This document shows positions 35,091-45,176 of a stretch of 64,000 nt of DNA, one piece after another; position 1 is the first letter of the stretch, and each line of letters opens with the position of its first letter. The translations under genes were made by a program, and so were the position numbers. The notes beneath the pieces are model-generated. The model did not search any database, was not told the DNA's origin, and saw only the letters and a list, made by a program, of their open reading frames with translations. Origin of the DNA: Lachnospiraceae bacterium (GTDB taxonomy: Bacteria > Bacillota > Clostridia > Lachnospirales > Lachnospiraceae); the NCBI GenBank assembly GCA_017470935.1, contig JAFUXG010000055.1, forward strand, positions 22,992 through 86,991, written 5' to 3'.

Positions 35091-35123
35091 TGATTCAACG
35101 AATGAAACGGAGGGTGTTCGAAA

Positions 35124-36551
35124 ATGAATGAAACTGAAAAGAATTTAACTGCGGATAATATTGTGGCAGAAAAGCCTGATTATGAGCAGGAGATTACAGC
35201 TATTATCAGAGGAAATGATTCCCCTAAGAAAATGCTTGGTAAACTTTTCGATTACCATGAAAATGATATAGCACAGGTTATCCCCGCGCTTACAGTCTCT
35301 GAGAGAAAGAAATTCTATCGTATCTGTAATGTGGAAATGCTTTCTGAGATCTTTGAGTATTTTGACGAGGATGATGCGGGTATATATCTTGATGAGATGG
35401 ATGTCAGGAAGGCGGCTGATGTGATTTCTGAGTTGGAAACAGACACTGCTGCCAAGGTATTGCATGCGCTTCCCAAGGATAAAAGGGAGCTTATTATGGA
35501 TGCTATAGATCCGGAAATACGAAAGCAGATAAGGCTTATTGCATCCTTTGACGAGGATGAGATCGGCAGCAGAATGACTACCAATTATATTGTCATACGG
35601 GAAAATCTTACGGTCAAGCAGGCAATGAGTGAGCTTGTAAGGCAGGCGGAGGAAAATGATAATATTACTACAATCTTTGTTGTGGATGAAAATGGTGAAT
35701 TCTATGGTGCGATAGATTTAAAAGAACTGATAACAGCAAGGAGCACAACCCCGCTTGAAAGTCTGATAGCCACATCATTTCCCTATGTGTATGCTAATGA
35801 GCTTATTGATGATTGTATCGAGAAACTAAAGGATTATTCCGAGAGCATTATACCTGTGCTTGATAATTCCAACAGAATACTTGGTGTCATAACCTCTCAG
35901 AGTATTATTGAGGTTGTGGATGATGAGATGGGTGAGGATTACGCGAGACTTGCCGGTCTGACTGCCGAAGAGGATCTGAATGAGCCCCTTGTTGAGAGCA
36001 TGAAAAAGCGTTTGCCATGGCTGCTTATTCTGCTATGTCTTGGCATGCTTGTTTCAACGGTGGTTGGTGCATTTGAGAAGGTCATAGCACAGCTCACACT
36101 TATTATGGCATTTCAGTCGCTGATACTTGATATGGCGGGTAATGTTGGAACCCAGTCTCTGGCTGTAACCATAAGAGTACTAATGGATGAGAACCTGACA
36201 TTTAAACAGAAAGGTCATCTTGTTGCAAAAGAAATGCGTGTTGGTCTTTCCAACGGACTGCTGCTTGGAATAATATCATTTATCTTTGTAGGGATATACA
36301 TTCATCTGGTAAAGCATAAAGCGATATCATTTGCGTTTGCGGTATCGGGTTGTATTGGCACTTCACTTCTTTTGGCAATGCTAATATCAAGTGCTGTGGG
36401 AACCCTTGTGCCACTGTTCTTTAAGAAGATCAAAGTGGATCCTGCTGTGGCATCCGGACCGCTTATCACAACTGTGAACGATTTGGTGGCAGTGGTAACA
36501 TATTATGGTATGAGTTGGGTACTGCTGATTAATGTCATGCATCTGGCGTGA
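35124..36551 (+). CDS. mgtE: Magnesium transporter MgtE
   Basis: N-domain, tandem CBS pair, and a C-terminal 5-TM domain with the PLITTVNDLVAV motif. Confidence 0.9.
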   Translation: MNETEKNLTADNIVAEKPDYEQEITAIIRGNDSPKKMLGKLFDYHENDIAQVIPALTVSERKKFYRICNVEMLSEIFEYFDEDDAGIYLDEMDVRKAADVISELETDTAAKVLHALPKDKRELIMDAIDPEIRKQIRLIASFDEDEIGSRMTTNYIVIRENLTVKQAMSELVRQAEENDNITTIFVVDENGEFYGAIDLKELITARSTTPLESLIATSFPYVYANELIDDCIEKLKDYSESIIPVLDNSNRILGVITSQSIIEVVDDEMGEDYARLAGLTAEEDLNEPLVESMKKRLPWLLILLCLGMLVSTVVGAFEKVIAQLTLIMAFQSLILDMAGNVGTQSLAVTIRVLMDENLTFKQKGHLVAKEMRVGLSNGLLLGIISFIFVGIYIHLVKHKAISFAFAVSGCIGTSLLLAMLISSAVGTLVPLFFKKIKVDPAVASGPLITTVNDLVAVVTYYGMSWVLLINVMHLA

Positions 36552-36609
36552 TTGATTGTTGTTTATGTTACAAACTTAAATCATTATAATAGATGGAGGC
36601 ATATGTGGG

Positions 36610-37158
36610 ATGAGACGAAAAACAAGTAAAGAGATATTGGCAGAATCCTTTAGGGAGCTTGCTGATATCAGGCCAATTGACAAAATAACAATCAAAGATA
36701 TTGTAGATAACTGTGGGTATTCATCGGCTACTTTTTACAGACAGTTCAAGGATAAGTATGATCTTATTGCGTGGGATTATGCAAAAGAGGTAGGAAGGAT
36801 CATGGCAGATATCGGTGTAGAGGAGCAGTGGCATAAGTCGCTTGAAGATGGCGCATATTATTATCAGAAGCATATGGTATATCTGTCAAAACTGCTTACT
36901 TATACTAATGGATATGAGTCGTTCCGCAGGAATATGGCAGAGATAAATTACAGTCATCTTAAGGATTACATACTGAGGAAAACTAAAATAAATGAGACAG
37001 ATCATCTGACGGATATGTGTATCAGACTTTATTGTCATGGTACGGTTGAATTAACCTGCGAGTGGATACTTGGAAGGGTGAAAATGACAACAGAGGAATT
37101 GGTGGCTGTGTATGAAAAGTCTTTGCCGGAAATATTAAAAGGGTATCTAGTAGGATAA
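36610..37158 (+). CDS. TetR/AcrR-family transcriptional regulator
   Basis: N-terminal HTH: TIKDIVDNCGYSSATFYRQFKDKYDL. Confidence 0.85.
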   Translation: MRRKTSKEILAESFRELADIRPIDKITIKDIVDNCGYSSATFYRQFKDKYDLIAWDYAKEVGRIMADIGVEEQWHKSLEDGAYYYQKHMVYLSKLLTYTNGYESFRRNMAEINYSHLKDYILRKTKINETDHLTDMCIRLYCHGTVELTCEWILGRVKMTTEELVAVYEKSLPEILKGYLVG

Positions 37159-37378
37159 ATGATGAAATAAAAGACTATGTCATAAGACATATGTAACAGC
37201 ACATAGTCATGATAAAAGCAACAATAAATGAAATGAAAGAATATTGCCATAATATCTCATAATGATATATTCAGCCTGGATTATGAATTGAAAAGCCTCA
37301 TACAAAGGATAAAATATATTATAGTGGTTGTGCACAATAATAACGCACACAACAAATAAAAGGATGGAGGTATTTTCA

Positions 37379-37825
37379 ATGACAAAGGCAGAATTACTTA
37401 AGGAATTTGCAAAGGGCTGGTTTGGTAACTCACAGCAGCATTCGATTCACGCACAGCTTTTGAAACAGAGAGGATTTGGAAAGCTCGGTGACAAGATTAT
37501 GGTTGAATCTGACGAAGAGTGGGAGGAGGCAAAGAAGGTAAACGAAAGATTGATTGAGCTGGGAGAGACACCGGTTGTTGCAATTGCCGAGTACCCGGTA
37601 ATTAAAGATATCAAGGAAATGCTCGAATATGACTGCAAGGACAGTGAACAGGCTCTGCCTGAGATGAGCAAATCACTTGCCCTGTTTGACGATGATTATG
37701 TATCTAAGGCTATGATTCAGCAGTTCATCATTGACGAGCAGGAGCATTATAACTGGGTTAGACAGCATTTGAATCTGATTGAAGAGATTGGATATGAAAA
37801 CTATCTGATTGAACAGCTTGGATAA
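37379..37825 (+). CDS. Ferritin-like (bacterioferritin-like) four-helix-bundle protein
   Basis: Start at the ATG after SD GGATGGAGG. Acidic ExxH-type motifs (DEEWEEAKK, IDEQEHYNW). Confidence 0.6.
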   Translation: MTKAELLKEFAKGWFGNSQQHSIHAQLLKQRGFGKLGDKIMVESDEEWEEAKKVNERLIELGETPVVAIAEYPVIKDIKEMLEYDCKDSEQALPEMSKSLALFDDDYVSKAMIQQFIIDEQEHYNWVRQHLNLIEEIGYENYLIEQLG

Positions 37826-37844
37826 TTACATAAGACATAATATA

Positions 37845-37873
37845 TAGCCGTCTCATTTTTGATGGGACGGCTA
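37845..37873 (+). terminator. Terminator-like hairpin after the ferritin-like gene
   Basis: TAGCCGTC / GACGGCTA stem. Weak T-tract. Confidence 0.45.
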
Positions 37874-37962
37874 TTATAGAAGTTGAGAAGATATAGTATA
37901 ACCGGATGAACAGATTAGTGTTTGGATTTATAATGATGATGTCAATTATAGAAAGGGATTGT

Positions 37963-38415
37963 ATGGTAGAGGATAAGGCTTCAACAGATAAATATGAGAG
38001 TATCCGTCTGGGGAATCAGTTATGCTTTCCTCTGTATGCATGCTCAAAGGAGGTTATAAGGCAGTACAGAAAGCCGTTAGAAGAATTTGATCTTACCTAT
38101 ACCCAGTATCTGGTAATGATGGTGCTGTGGGAATTCGGAGGCATGACTGAGGGAGAGCTTGGAAAAAGGATATACCTTGATTCAGGAACACTGGCACCAT
38201 TATTAAAAAGGCTTGAAAAACAGGGGTACATCAATAGGGAGAGACCTGATAATAACGAAAGAAAGCTTTATATTTCCTTGACAGAGACAGGCAAGTCACT
38301 GGAAGAGGTTGCATTAAAGATTCCGCAGGCAATGGACGGATGCATCAAATTGGACGATGATGAGCTTGTGATACTTAAGGGACTGCTTTATAAGGCACTT
38401 GGCCGTATGAGCTAA
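37963..38415 (+). CDS. MarR-family regulator, OhrR-like
   Basis: LGNQLCFPLYACSKEV (reactive-Cys region) and the winged HTH LTYTQYLVMMVLWE. Confidence 0.8.
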   Translation: MVEDKASTDKYESIRLGNQLCFPLYACSKEVIRQYRKPLEEFDLTYTQYLVMMVLWEFGGMTEGELGKRIYLDSGTLAPLLKRLEKQGYINRERPDNNERKLYISLTETGKSLEEVALKIPQAMDGCIKLDDDELVILKGLLYKALGRMS

Positions 38416-38557
38416 ATAAAAGTGGTTGGAGATTATATATATGGCTATCTGACCACAGGTTTTATGAAAACGCCGTGGATTATAATACTTATAGAAACAG
38501 TAATATTAATAGGATCAATAATGATATTAAGCACAGAAAATGTTAAGGAGGAAGCAA

Positions 38558-39499
38558 ATGGAAATTAAAGCAGTTAAGTTCAGAAAAGATGGTTTTTATT
38601 CACAGACCTTTGTATTTGGCGGAGAAGAAGGAGCTGAAAAGTTCGATCCTAAGGTTAGATACCGTGGCAGTCTCCAGAATTATCTGATAGATACAGGTGA
38701 TGAGGTGATCCTGGTGGATACGGGACTTCCTGCCGGAACTCCTGAAGAAGTGCCGAATGAGACAAGTATCTTGTACACCGGGAAGGATATCTGCAGCTAT
38801 ATGGAAGCATTTAATGCACTGGGATACAAGCCGGAGCAGGTTACAAAGATACTTCTTACACACAAGCATAATGATCATTCGGGTGAGTTAAAGTCCTTTC
38901 CGAATGCGCAGATATATGTGAATGAGGAAGAAATACAGGCAGAGGAGCTTTCCGGCATTCCAAATCTTTTCCCTGTGAAATTTACAGACGGAGCATATTA
39001 TAATTTCCCTGAGAGCCAGAAGATCTCTGATGGCATATATATGATCAAGGCAAAGGGACATACCAACGGAAACAGCATTGTCGTTGTTGAGCTGGACGGA
39101 CTATTCTATATGATCCATGGCGATATTACATATGTGGATGAAGCGCTGTATGAGAATAAGCTCTCTGTTGTGTTTGATGATCTTTCCGCAGCCCGCGAGA
39201 CACTTGACCGGGTGAGGGAGTTTATCAGAAATCATCCAACAGTATATATTGGTACTCATACTCCACAGGGATACGAGAATCTTGAGGCAAAGAGAGTGAT
39301 GGATCTTAATAACCCTGTTGAGACAATTTTTGCTGAAGTAGATTTCTCCAAGCAGGAAGCGTCCGGTAGGTATGTATGTTCAATCTGCGGATATGTGTAT
39401 GATCCGGAAGAGCATGACGGAGTGGCATTTGAGGATCTGCCGAATGACTGGAAATGTCCAAGATGTAAGCAGGGAAAAGAGAAATTCAATGAAGCATAA
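38558..39499 (+). CDS. Metallo-beta-lactamase-fold protein fused to a C-terminal rubredoxin
   Basis: [10 protein letters not shown] (HxHxDH). C-terminal [11 protein letters not shown]...[13 protein letters not shown] (CxxC...CPxC). Confidence 0.85.
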   Translation: MEIKAVKFRKDGFYSQTFVFGGEEGAEKFDPKVRYRGSLQNYLIDTGDEVILVDTGLPAGTPEEVPNETSILYTGKDICSYMEAFNALGYKPEQVTKILLTHKHNDHSGELKSFPNAQIYVNEEEIQAEELSGIPNLFPVKFTDGAYYNFPESQKISDGIYMIKAKGHTNGNSIVVVELDGLFYMIHGDITYVDEALYENKLSVVFDDLSAARETLDRVREFIRNHPTVYIGTHTPQGYENLEAKRVMDLNNPVETIFAEVDFSKQEASGRYVCSICGYVYDPEEHDGVAFEDLPNDWKCPRCKQGKEKFNEA

Positions 39500-39574
39500 T
39501 AAACATGAGCCGATGCCTAAGGCTTACAAATGGCACTGCCCGGTGAAAAAAGAAAACAGAAGAGAGTAATAAAG

Positions 39575-39611
39575 TTCCGGTTATCGAATATTTGATGACC
39601 GGAATTTTTTT
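39575..39611 (+). terminator. Rho-independent terminator
   Basis: TTCCGGT / ACCGGAA stem followed by TTTTTTT. Confidence 0.7.
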
Positions 39612-39718
39612 GCATTTGCTAAACGATTAAGTCCTAAATTAAGAAGAAATTAGGTGTAGTAAAATTGGCTGCTCTGTCTTATAATGATTTCAGAAAATGG
39701 ATTTGGAGGAGACGAATA

Positions 39719-40180
39719 ATGAGCAGATTAAAGGAACTTAGAAAATATGTGGATGCAGAACTTAATAAGATGGAGGATGAAGAAAAACGTAACAGTGCTA
39801 TTGTTCATTTATATGGAGTATCATTGGCGGCGACAATGATAGCAAATAAGCGTGGAATGAATTGGGAGATTGCGTCAATGGCTGCAATGCTTCATGACTT
39901 ATATGCATACAAGACAGGTTCTTATGACGACCATGCTCATAAAGGAGCAGAACTGGCCGATGAAATTCTTAAGGAGTTAAAACTGACGGATGAGGCGGAA
40001 ACGGAAATGATATGCTCGGCAATTTATCATCATGATGATAAGCTGGTAACAGACAGCCCGATGGATGAGGTCCTTAAGGATGCGGATGTGATTCATCACT
40101 GTATGAATGATATGTCAAAGGATATTAAGGAGAAAGAACAGGCGAGATTTGATAAGCTGTGTAAAGAGTTTGGGATGTAA
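39719..40180 (+). CDS. HD-domain phosphohydrolase
   Basis: H...HD metal motif (HLYGVS, AAMLHDL, HHDD). SD GGAGGAG. Confidence 0.75.
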   Translation: MSRLKELRKYVDAELNKMEDEEKRNSAIVHLYGVSLAATMIANKRGMNWEIASMAAMLHDLYAYKTGSYDDHAHKGAELADEILKELKLTDEAETEMICSAIYHHDDKLVTDSPMDEVLKDADVIHHCMNDMSKDIKEKEQARFDKLCKEFGM

Positions 40181-40236
40181 CCCCGCATTTATTGTAAACG
40201 ATAATTGTGGTATTATATGGATTGGGGGTGATAATT

Positions 40237-40665
40237 ATGGAAGATAAGTTTGATTTAGAACGTTTTGTAAAAGAACAGGAGCATTCATTTGATATAGCAT
40301 ACAAAGAAGTTTCAAACGGGATGAAAAGGTCACATTGGATGTGGTATATCTTTCCGCAGATCATCGGACTTGGAATGACATCCATATCGCAGAAGTTTTC
40401 CATTAAGAGCATTGATGAGGCAAAGGCTTATTATGAGCATCCTTATCTTGGCAAGAATCTTAAAGATATATCAAATGTACTGCTTACACTTGATACAGAT
40501 GATGCGGAAGAGGTGTTTGGCTATCCTGATTACTTAAAGCTTAGGTCGTGCATGACATTGTTTGCTGAGGCTGTGCCAGATGATGATGTTTTCCAGAAGG
40601 TGCTTGATAAGTATTACAATGGAGATAGAGATGGCAGAACACTGGAAATATTGAGGAAGATGTAA
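40237..40665 (+). CDS. DUF1810-family protein
   Basis: RFVKEQEHSFDIAYKEVSNGMKRSHWMWYIFPQ signature. Confidence 0.75.
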   Translation: MEDKFDLERFVKEQEHSFDIAYKEVSNGMKRSHWMWYIFPQIIGLGMTSISQKFSIKSIDEAKAYYEHPYLGKNLKDISNVLLTLDTDDAEEVFGYPDYLKLRSCMTLFAEAVPDDDVFQKVLDKYYNGDRDGRTLEILRKM

Positions 40666-40865
40666 TGTATTCAAACAAAGAATTATGGAACTATGCAAAG
40701 GACGAGCTGGTATCAATGGTAACTACGCTTGGCTTTCCTAAGGAACTGGGATATGAGATGGCAAAGAGGCTTGGCAGCCCAAAGGCTATACACCGTATGA
40801 CATCCTATCTTGCAAATGAGAAACCAAAAGCCTTATATCGTTCGTTGAGAAAACAGAAGGAATAA
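40665..40865 (+). CDS. Small hypothetical protein (possibly frameshifted; similar-looking coding sequence continues in another frame to about 40975)
   Basis: ATG overlaps the upstream stop (ATGTAATG). Downstream, a different frame reads RLIIVTNEEERTITKDGHIIEVVPVYKFIL. Confidence 0.4.
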   Translation: MYSNKELWNYAKDELVSMVTTLGFPKELGYEMAKRLGSPKAIHRMTSYLANEKPKALYRSLRKQKE

Positions 40866-41103
40866 AGCGTCTTATTATAGTGACCAACGAGGAAGAGCGT
40901 ACAATTACAAAAGATGGTCATATAATCGAAGTTGTACCTGTTTATAAATTTATTTTGGGAATAGAAGTTTGATGTAATAAGAGCTTTGCAAGTACACCTG
41001 GACTGTCTGTTCATCGGTTTTCAATTACAATTTAAATTACTAACGGTCATGGCGTTTGCAAGAGGTCATATCTTTACTTTTATGACATTATTTTGCTGAA
41101 ATC

Positions 41104-41132
41104 TTTACATTTTGTCCTAAATATGCTATATT
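41104..41132 (+). promoter_or_regulatory. Sigma-A promoter (TTTACA, 17 nt, TATATT) of the Fic gene
   Basis: Hexamers and spacing read directly. Confidence 0.5.
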
Positions 41133-41159
41133 AAGTAAAGATTTGACGGAGGTGAGCAT

Positions 41160-42071
41160 GTGATTTCATATGAGATTCTTGAAAAAATTCTTAAAGATAG
41201 AGGAATTGGAAAGACAGAGCTTTCTATGCAGCTTGGACTCTCTACCCGAACCATAGCAAAGATAAGAAAAGGCGAAAAGCTTTCAAATCGGAGTTTACAG
41301 AAGATAACAGATTATCTTGGCGTGGATCCGAGGATTCTGATGAAGGAAATCTCTGATAATAAGATATTGCAAGTGCTCAAAGAAGAAAAGGATATGAGGC
41401 TTCCCGGGGGGCTGTATCACGAGCTGCAGGTCAGGATGACGTACAATTCCAATCATATTGAAGGAAGCAAACTGTCCGAGGATCAGACAAGACAGATTTT
41501 TGAGACAAATACCCTTGATGTGGCTGATGGCATCCCTGTAGATGATGTGTTAGAAACGGTACATCATTTCAGGGCAATTGATTATGTGATAGACATTGCG
41601 GAGGATGAACTGACGGAGGATATCATCAAACATCTGCATTATATCCTGAAGCATGACACGAAGGATGCTACACTCGGATGGTTTGCGGTTGGTGATTATA
41701 AAAAACGTGCGAATGTGGTAGGTGGCCGGGAGACATCAAAACCATCGGAGGTTCATAAGCACATGATGGCTTTGCTGGAAGAGTATAACACCAAAGAAAA
41801 TGCTGCATTGGAGGATATTATAGCATTGCATGCAGAGTTTGAGTATATACATCCGTTTCAGGATGGAAACGGCAGAGTCGGACGCCTTGTAGCATTAAAG
41901 GAGTGCTTGCGGCATAATGTGATACCTTTTATTATCGAGGATGTGAAGAAAAATTACTATTACAGAGGTCTCTCCGAATGGAGAAATGAAAAAGGCTGGC
42001 TTACAGATACCTGTCTGGACGGACAAGATACATTTAAAAGACTTATGGATATGCTGGAAATACAGTATTGA
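41160..42071 (+). CDS. Fic-family AMPylase-like protein with N-terminal XRE-type HTH
   Basis: GTG start after SD GGAGGTG. HTH: KTELSMQLGLSTRTIAKIRKGE. Inhibitory-helix motif SNHIEG ((S/T)xxxE(G/N)). Fic core HPFQDGNGRVGR. Confidence 0.85.
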   Translation: MISYEILEKILKDRGIGKTELSMQLGLSTRTIAKIRKGEKLSNRSLQKITDYLGVDPRILMKEISDNKILQVLKEEKDMRLPGGLYHELQVRMTYNSNHIEGSKLSEDQTRQIFETNTLDVADGIPVDDVLETVHHFRAIDYVIDIAEDELTEDIIKHLHYILKHDTKDATLGWFAVGDYKKRANVVGGRETSKPSEVHKHMMALLEEYNTKENAALEDIIALHAEFEYIHPFQDGNGRVGRLVALKECLRHNVIPFIIEDVKKNYYYRGLSEWRNEKGWLTDTCLDGQDTFKRLMDMLEIQY

Positions 42072-42448
42072 TAGTGATTTTACAAAAATCGTGAAAAAAT
42101 TGAAGAAGTCACTGCAATAGCCATAAGTGTGTACCCACATTGTTGTTATCATATCAACCAACAAATAATGAGGTACACAAGGACATTACGGGAAAATTGC
42201 TGAAGTCAGCCTGCCTGCAAGGGTATATAAGAAAATAGGCGGCACAATGCCCGAAGAACTTCCATCACCGGAGAAGAGTATTCAGCAAATTGAACAGGAA
42301 CAAATGGACAGACTTAAAGCAAAGGAAAAAAAGGAAGCATTATGCTGGATTAGTAATAGCACTATAATCTCGAAATATAATACATTAGTATAAAGACATT
42401 TTGAACGATAAGGGACACATTTTGTGTCCTTTTATCTTTTATAATAAA

Positions 42449-43236
42449 GTCTCTGTGATTGGCAAACAGATACTAATGATTCGGTTCTGGCAGATGCTTT
42501 TGCGTTCCTAGAACTTAAACCATCCGATACGGTAGGGTGTCATACAGCTAATATGATTGTTTCAATAATGAATGCCAAAGTTGGCAATTCAGGTGTTTCC
42601 CTCAGTTATCAATATCATTTTTTTGATTATAATCTTCTTCCTAGTGCAAAACCTTTGAATACAGCTGATAATGTGATTACTGATAGTAACTCATTCACTG
42701 TATCTGGAATTGGCGGAGATGGGTACAAAGTTTTACTCTATAAAGAAAAGTCTGACGATGAATGGAAATCCGAGGCAGTTGATGGAAGTCTTACAAAGAA
42801 AATAACTGGTTTGAGACCGGATACAGAGTATCAGGTGAAGATCCAGGCAACTTTGACGGTGAAGGATAGACTGAGAAACGAGATTAATCTTATATCTCCT
42901 GACAGCAATATAATAATATTTAAAACAGAGAATAGCACAAAGCCCGTTATAAAATCAGTAAAGATTACAAAGGTGAAATATAAAAAGAAAAAAACATCAT
43001 TTAAAATTGAAGCTGTACTGAAAAAAAACATTAAAGGAATAAAAGGCATTGTGATTAATGTTGCCGGAAAGAATTATGTATTAAAGGGTGATAAGAAAAA
43101 ATATTCTGTTAATGTATCAATGAATGGAAATAAAGTCGGAAAGAATATTAAGGTGAAGGTTCGTACCTATAATAATGCAGAGATGACCGGGTATGGACCA
43201 TATTCAAAGAATAAGACCGTAAAGATAAAAAAATGA
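42449..43236 (+). pseudogene. 5-prime-truncated gene for a fibronectin-type-III-like repeat surface protein
   Basis: The frame is open from 42449 with no signal peptide or SD. ITGLRPDTEYQVKIQA is an FN3 signature. K-rich tail. Other gene fragments lie just upstream (42170-42395). Confidence 0.5.
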
Positions 43237-43385
43237 AAAGTATACAAATAAGTACACTAATAAATGAAAGGGTGATTGCATAATTTCAATCACTCTTTTT
43301 GCTTTATCGGAGGATTTGCACCCTTGTTTTTTACTAAAGACCATTATCATATATGATAATGAATAGTTTCAAAAAAAGAATGGAA

Positions 43386-43414
43386 TTGACTTTATTCTTG
43401 TTAAGTAGTACACT
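43386..43414 (+). promoter_or_regulatory. Candidate promoter (TTGACT, 17 nt, TACACT)
   Basis: Read directly. Followed by operator-like site C. Confidence 0.4.
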
Positions 43415-43425
43415 TTTATCATGTG

Positions 43426-43441
43426 GTTAGTCATTACTAAC
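43426..43441. promoter_or_regulatory. GTTAG-N6-CTAAC palindrome, site C
   Basis: GTTAGTCATTACTAAC lies between the candidate promoter and the EamA gene start. Confidence 0.55.
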
Positions 43442-43463
43442 AGAAAAGGAAAGTGTGTTATTA

Positions 43464-44495
43464 ATGCAAAGAAGAAAAATATATGCAATTGTATATGCTG
43501 TGATGGCGGCGGTATTTTACGCAGTTAATGTTCCGGTATCAAAGCTGCTTCTTGATCATGTGGGTACCACAACCATGGCTTCTTTGTTATATCTTGGTGC
43601 GGGAATCGGAATTGGGTTTATGTCGCTATTAAGCAGAGGGAATAATAGCAGGGAAAATCATCTTACCAAGAGTGATCTTCCCTTTGTGATGGGAATGATC
43701 CTGCTCGATATTGCTGCTCCGATTTTTCTCATGTTCGGAATCCGATATGGTTCTTCAGCAAATGCTTCATTACTTGGGAATTTTGAAATAGTGGCAACGA
43801 CACTGATCGCTCTTTTTATTTTTAAAGAAGTTGTATCAAAACGCTTGTGGGCTGCTATATCATTTATTACATTATCAAGCATTATACTGTCCTACGAAGG
43901 GGCAGGCAGTTTTAAATTCTCCTACGGTTCTATACTTGTGCTTCTTGCAACCATATGCTGGGGCTTTGAGAATAACTGTACGAGAAATATATCCTCAAAA
44001 AACACATACGAAATTGTTGTGTTAAAGGGTATATTTTCAGGGGCGGGTTCCCTTGTTATTGCAATATTATTACATGAAAAAATGCCGGATCTGATCTATA
44101 TTGCCGAAGCCTTGATCCTTGGCTTTGTGGCATACGGACTCAGTATCTTTCTCTATGTAAGGGCACAGAATATACTGGGGGCGGCCAAGACAAGTGCATA
44201 TTACGCAGTGGCACCATTTATCGGCGCGTTCCTTTCATTTATTCTGCTTAAGGAGCAGCTATCCGTCACTTATGTGATTGCTTTTTTGGTAATGACGGTG
44301 GGAACGATTTTGGTGGTGATGGACACGCTGGTTAGGAACCATACCCATGAGCATCAGCATACATTTACGCATACCCATGATGGATATACCCATACACATA
44401 CTATAACCCATAGCCACCCGCATGATCATTACCTTAACGGTGAAAAGCATGGTCATCACCATACGAAGGAAGAACTGGAAAAGGGTCATGCATGA
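43464..44495 (+). CDS. EamA/DMT-family transporter with His-rich C-terminal tail
   Basis: Ten hydrophobic helices in two EamA halves. Tail: HTHEHQHTFTHTHDGYTHTHTITHSHPHDHYLNGEKHGHHH. Confidence 0.8.
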   Translation: MQRRKIYAIVYAVMAAVFYAVNVPVSKLLLDHVGTTTMASLLYLGAGIGIGFMSLLSRGNNSRENHLTKSDLPFVMGMILLDIAAPIFLMFGIRYGSSANASLLGNFEIVATTLIALFIFKEVVSKRLWAAISFITLSSIILSYEGAGSFKFSYGSILVLLATICWGFENNCTRNISSKNTYEIVVLKGIFSGAGSLVIAILLHEKMPDLIYIAEALILGFVAYGLSIFLYVRAQNILGAAKTSAYYAVAPFIGAFLSFILLKEQLSVTYVIAFLVMTVGTILVVMDTLVRNHTHEHQHTFTHTHDGYTHTHTITHSHPHDHYLNGEKHGHHHTKEELEKGHA

Positions 44496-44530
44496 GATGA
44501 CATTCGATGTTTGAGATGAAGGAGGGGCTT

Positions 44531-45148
44531 ATGGACAAGAAAGCCGCAGATAAGTATATCAGGAAATACAGCCGTGTGTTTGAAAAGGTTCTTAAAAACA
44601 CTTCCACGGAAAATGTGGATGTCGGATTATCCGAATATACAAGCAGGCTGTCAAAGATGTATGCTTCTGATGAATTTAAGAAGCATAATGTATATCCTTC
44701 CATGAATACTGTACATATATATGCAGTTATAGCTATGTGTCTGGAGCTTAAAGAAACAGGAATGTCTGATAAGGATATTATTGATGCGATTAATAAGGGC
44801 TTTAGCCGTCGCAGGAATTTCTTCAAGAATATAATCGCTTTCATTAATATCCTTCCAAACAGTTATGAAATCGCAAAGAAGTGGAATATCTCTGATCATG
44901 AAAATAGGGTAAAGGACGGCAGTATCACATACGATTATTTTGATGTCGGCATGGATAAGATCGAGTACCGTATTTCCAAATGTATGTATGTAGAGATGTT
45001 TGAAAGCTATGGGATCAGAGGACTTTGCAAAATATTCTGTATGATCGATGAGTACTCATATGCCGGTCTTACAAGGCGTGTGAAATTCATAAGGCACTCG
45101 GATCTTTCGGATGGAGATAGCTGCTTTGACGAGATTATCAGGAAATAA
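44531..45148 (+). CDS. L-2-amino-thiazoline-4-carboxylic acid (ATC) hydrolase-family protein
   Basis: C-terminal ISKCMYVEMFESYGIRGLCKIFCMIDEYSY...DGDSCFDE pattern. Start at the ATG after SD GAAGGAGGGG. Confidence 0.55.
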   Translation: MDKKAADKYIRKYSRVFEKVLKNTSTENVDVGLSEYTSRLSKMYASDEFKKHNVYPSMNTVHIYAVIAMCLELKETGMSDKDIIDAINKGFSRRRNFFKNIIAFINILPNSYEIAKKWNISDHENRVKDGSITYDYFDVGMDKIEYRISKCMYVEMFESYGIRGLCKIFCMIDEYSYAGLTRRVKFIRHSDLSDGDSCFDEIIRK

Positions 45149-45176
45149 TAAGTAAATTAAGGAGGATATAGTTAAT

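Noticed and set aside
34877-35098. A 73-aa minus-strand ORF in the mgtE leader
   Set aside because: It lies inside a region dominated by terminator-like hairpins, lacks an RBS, and has basic low-complexity composition. A non-coding leader is more likely.
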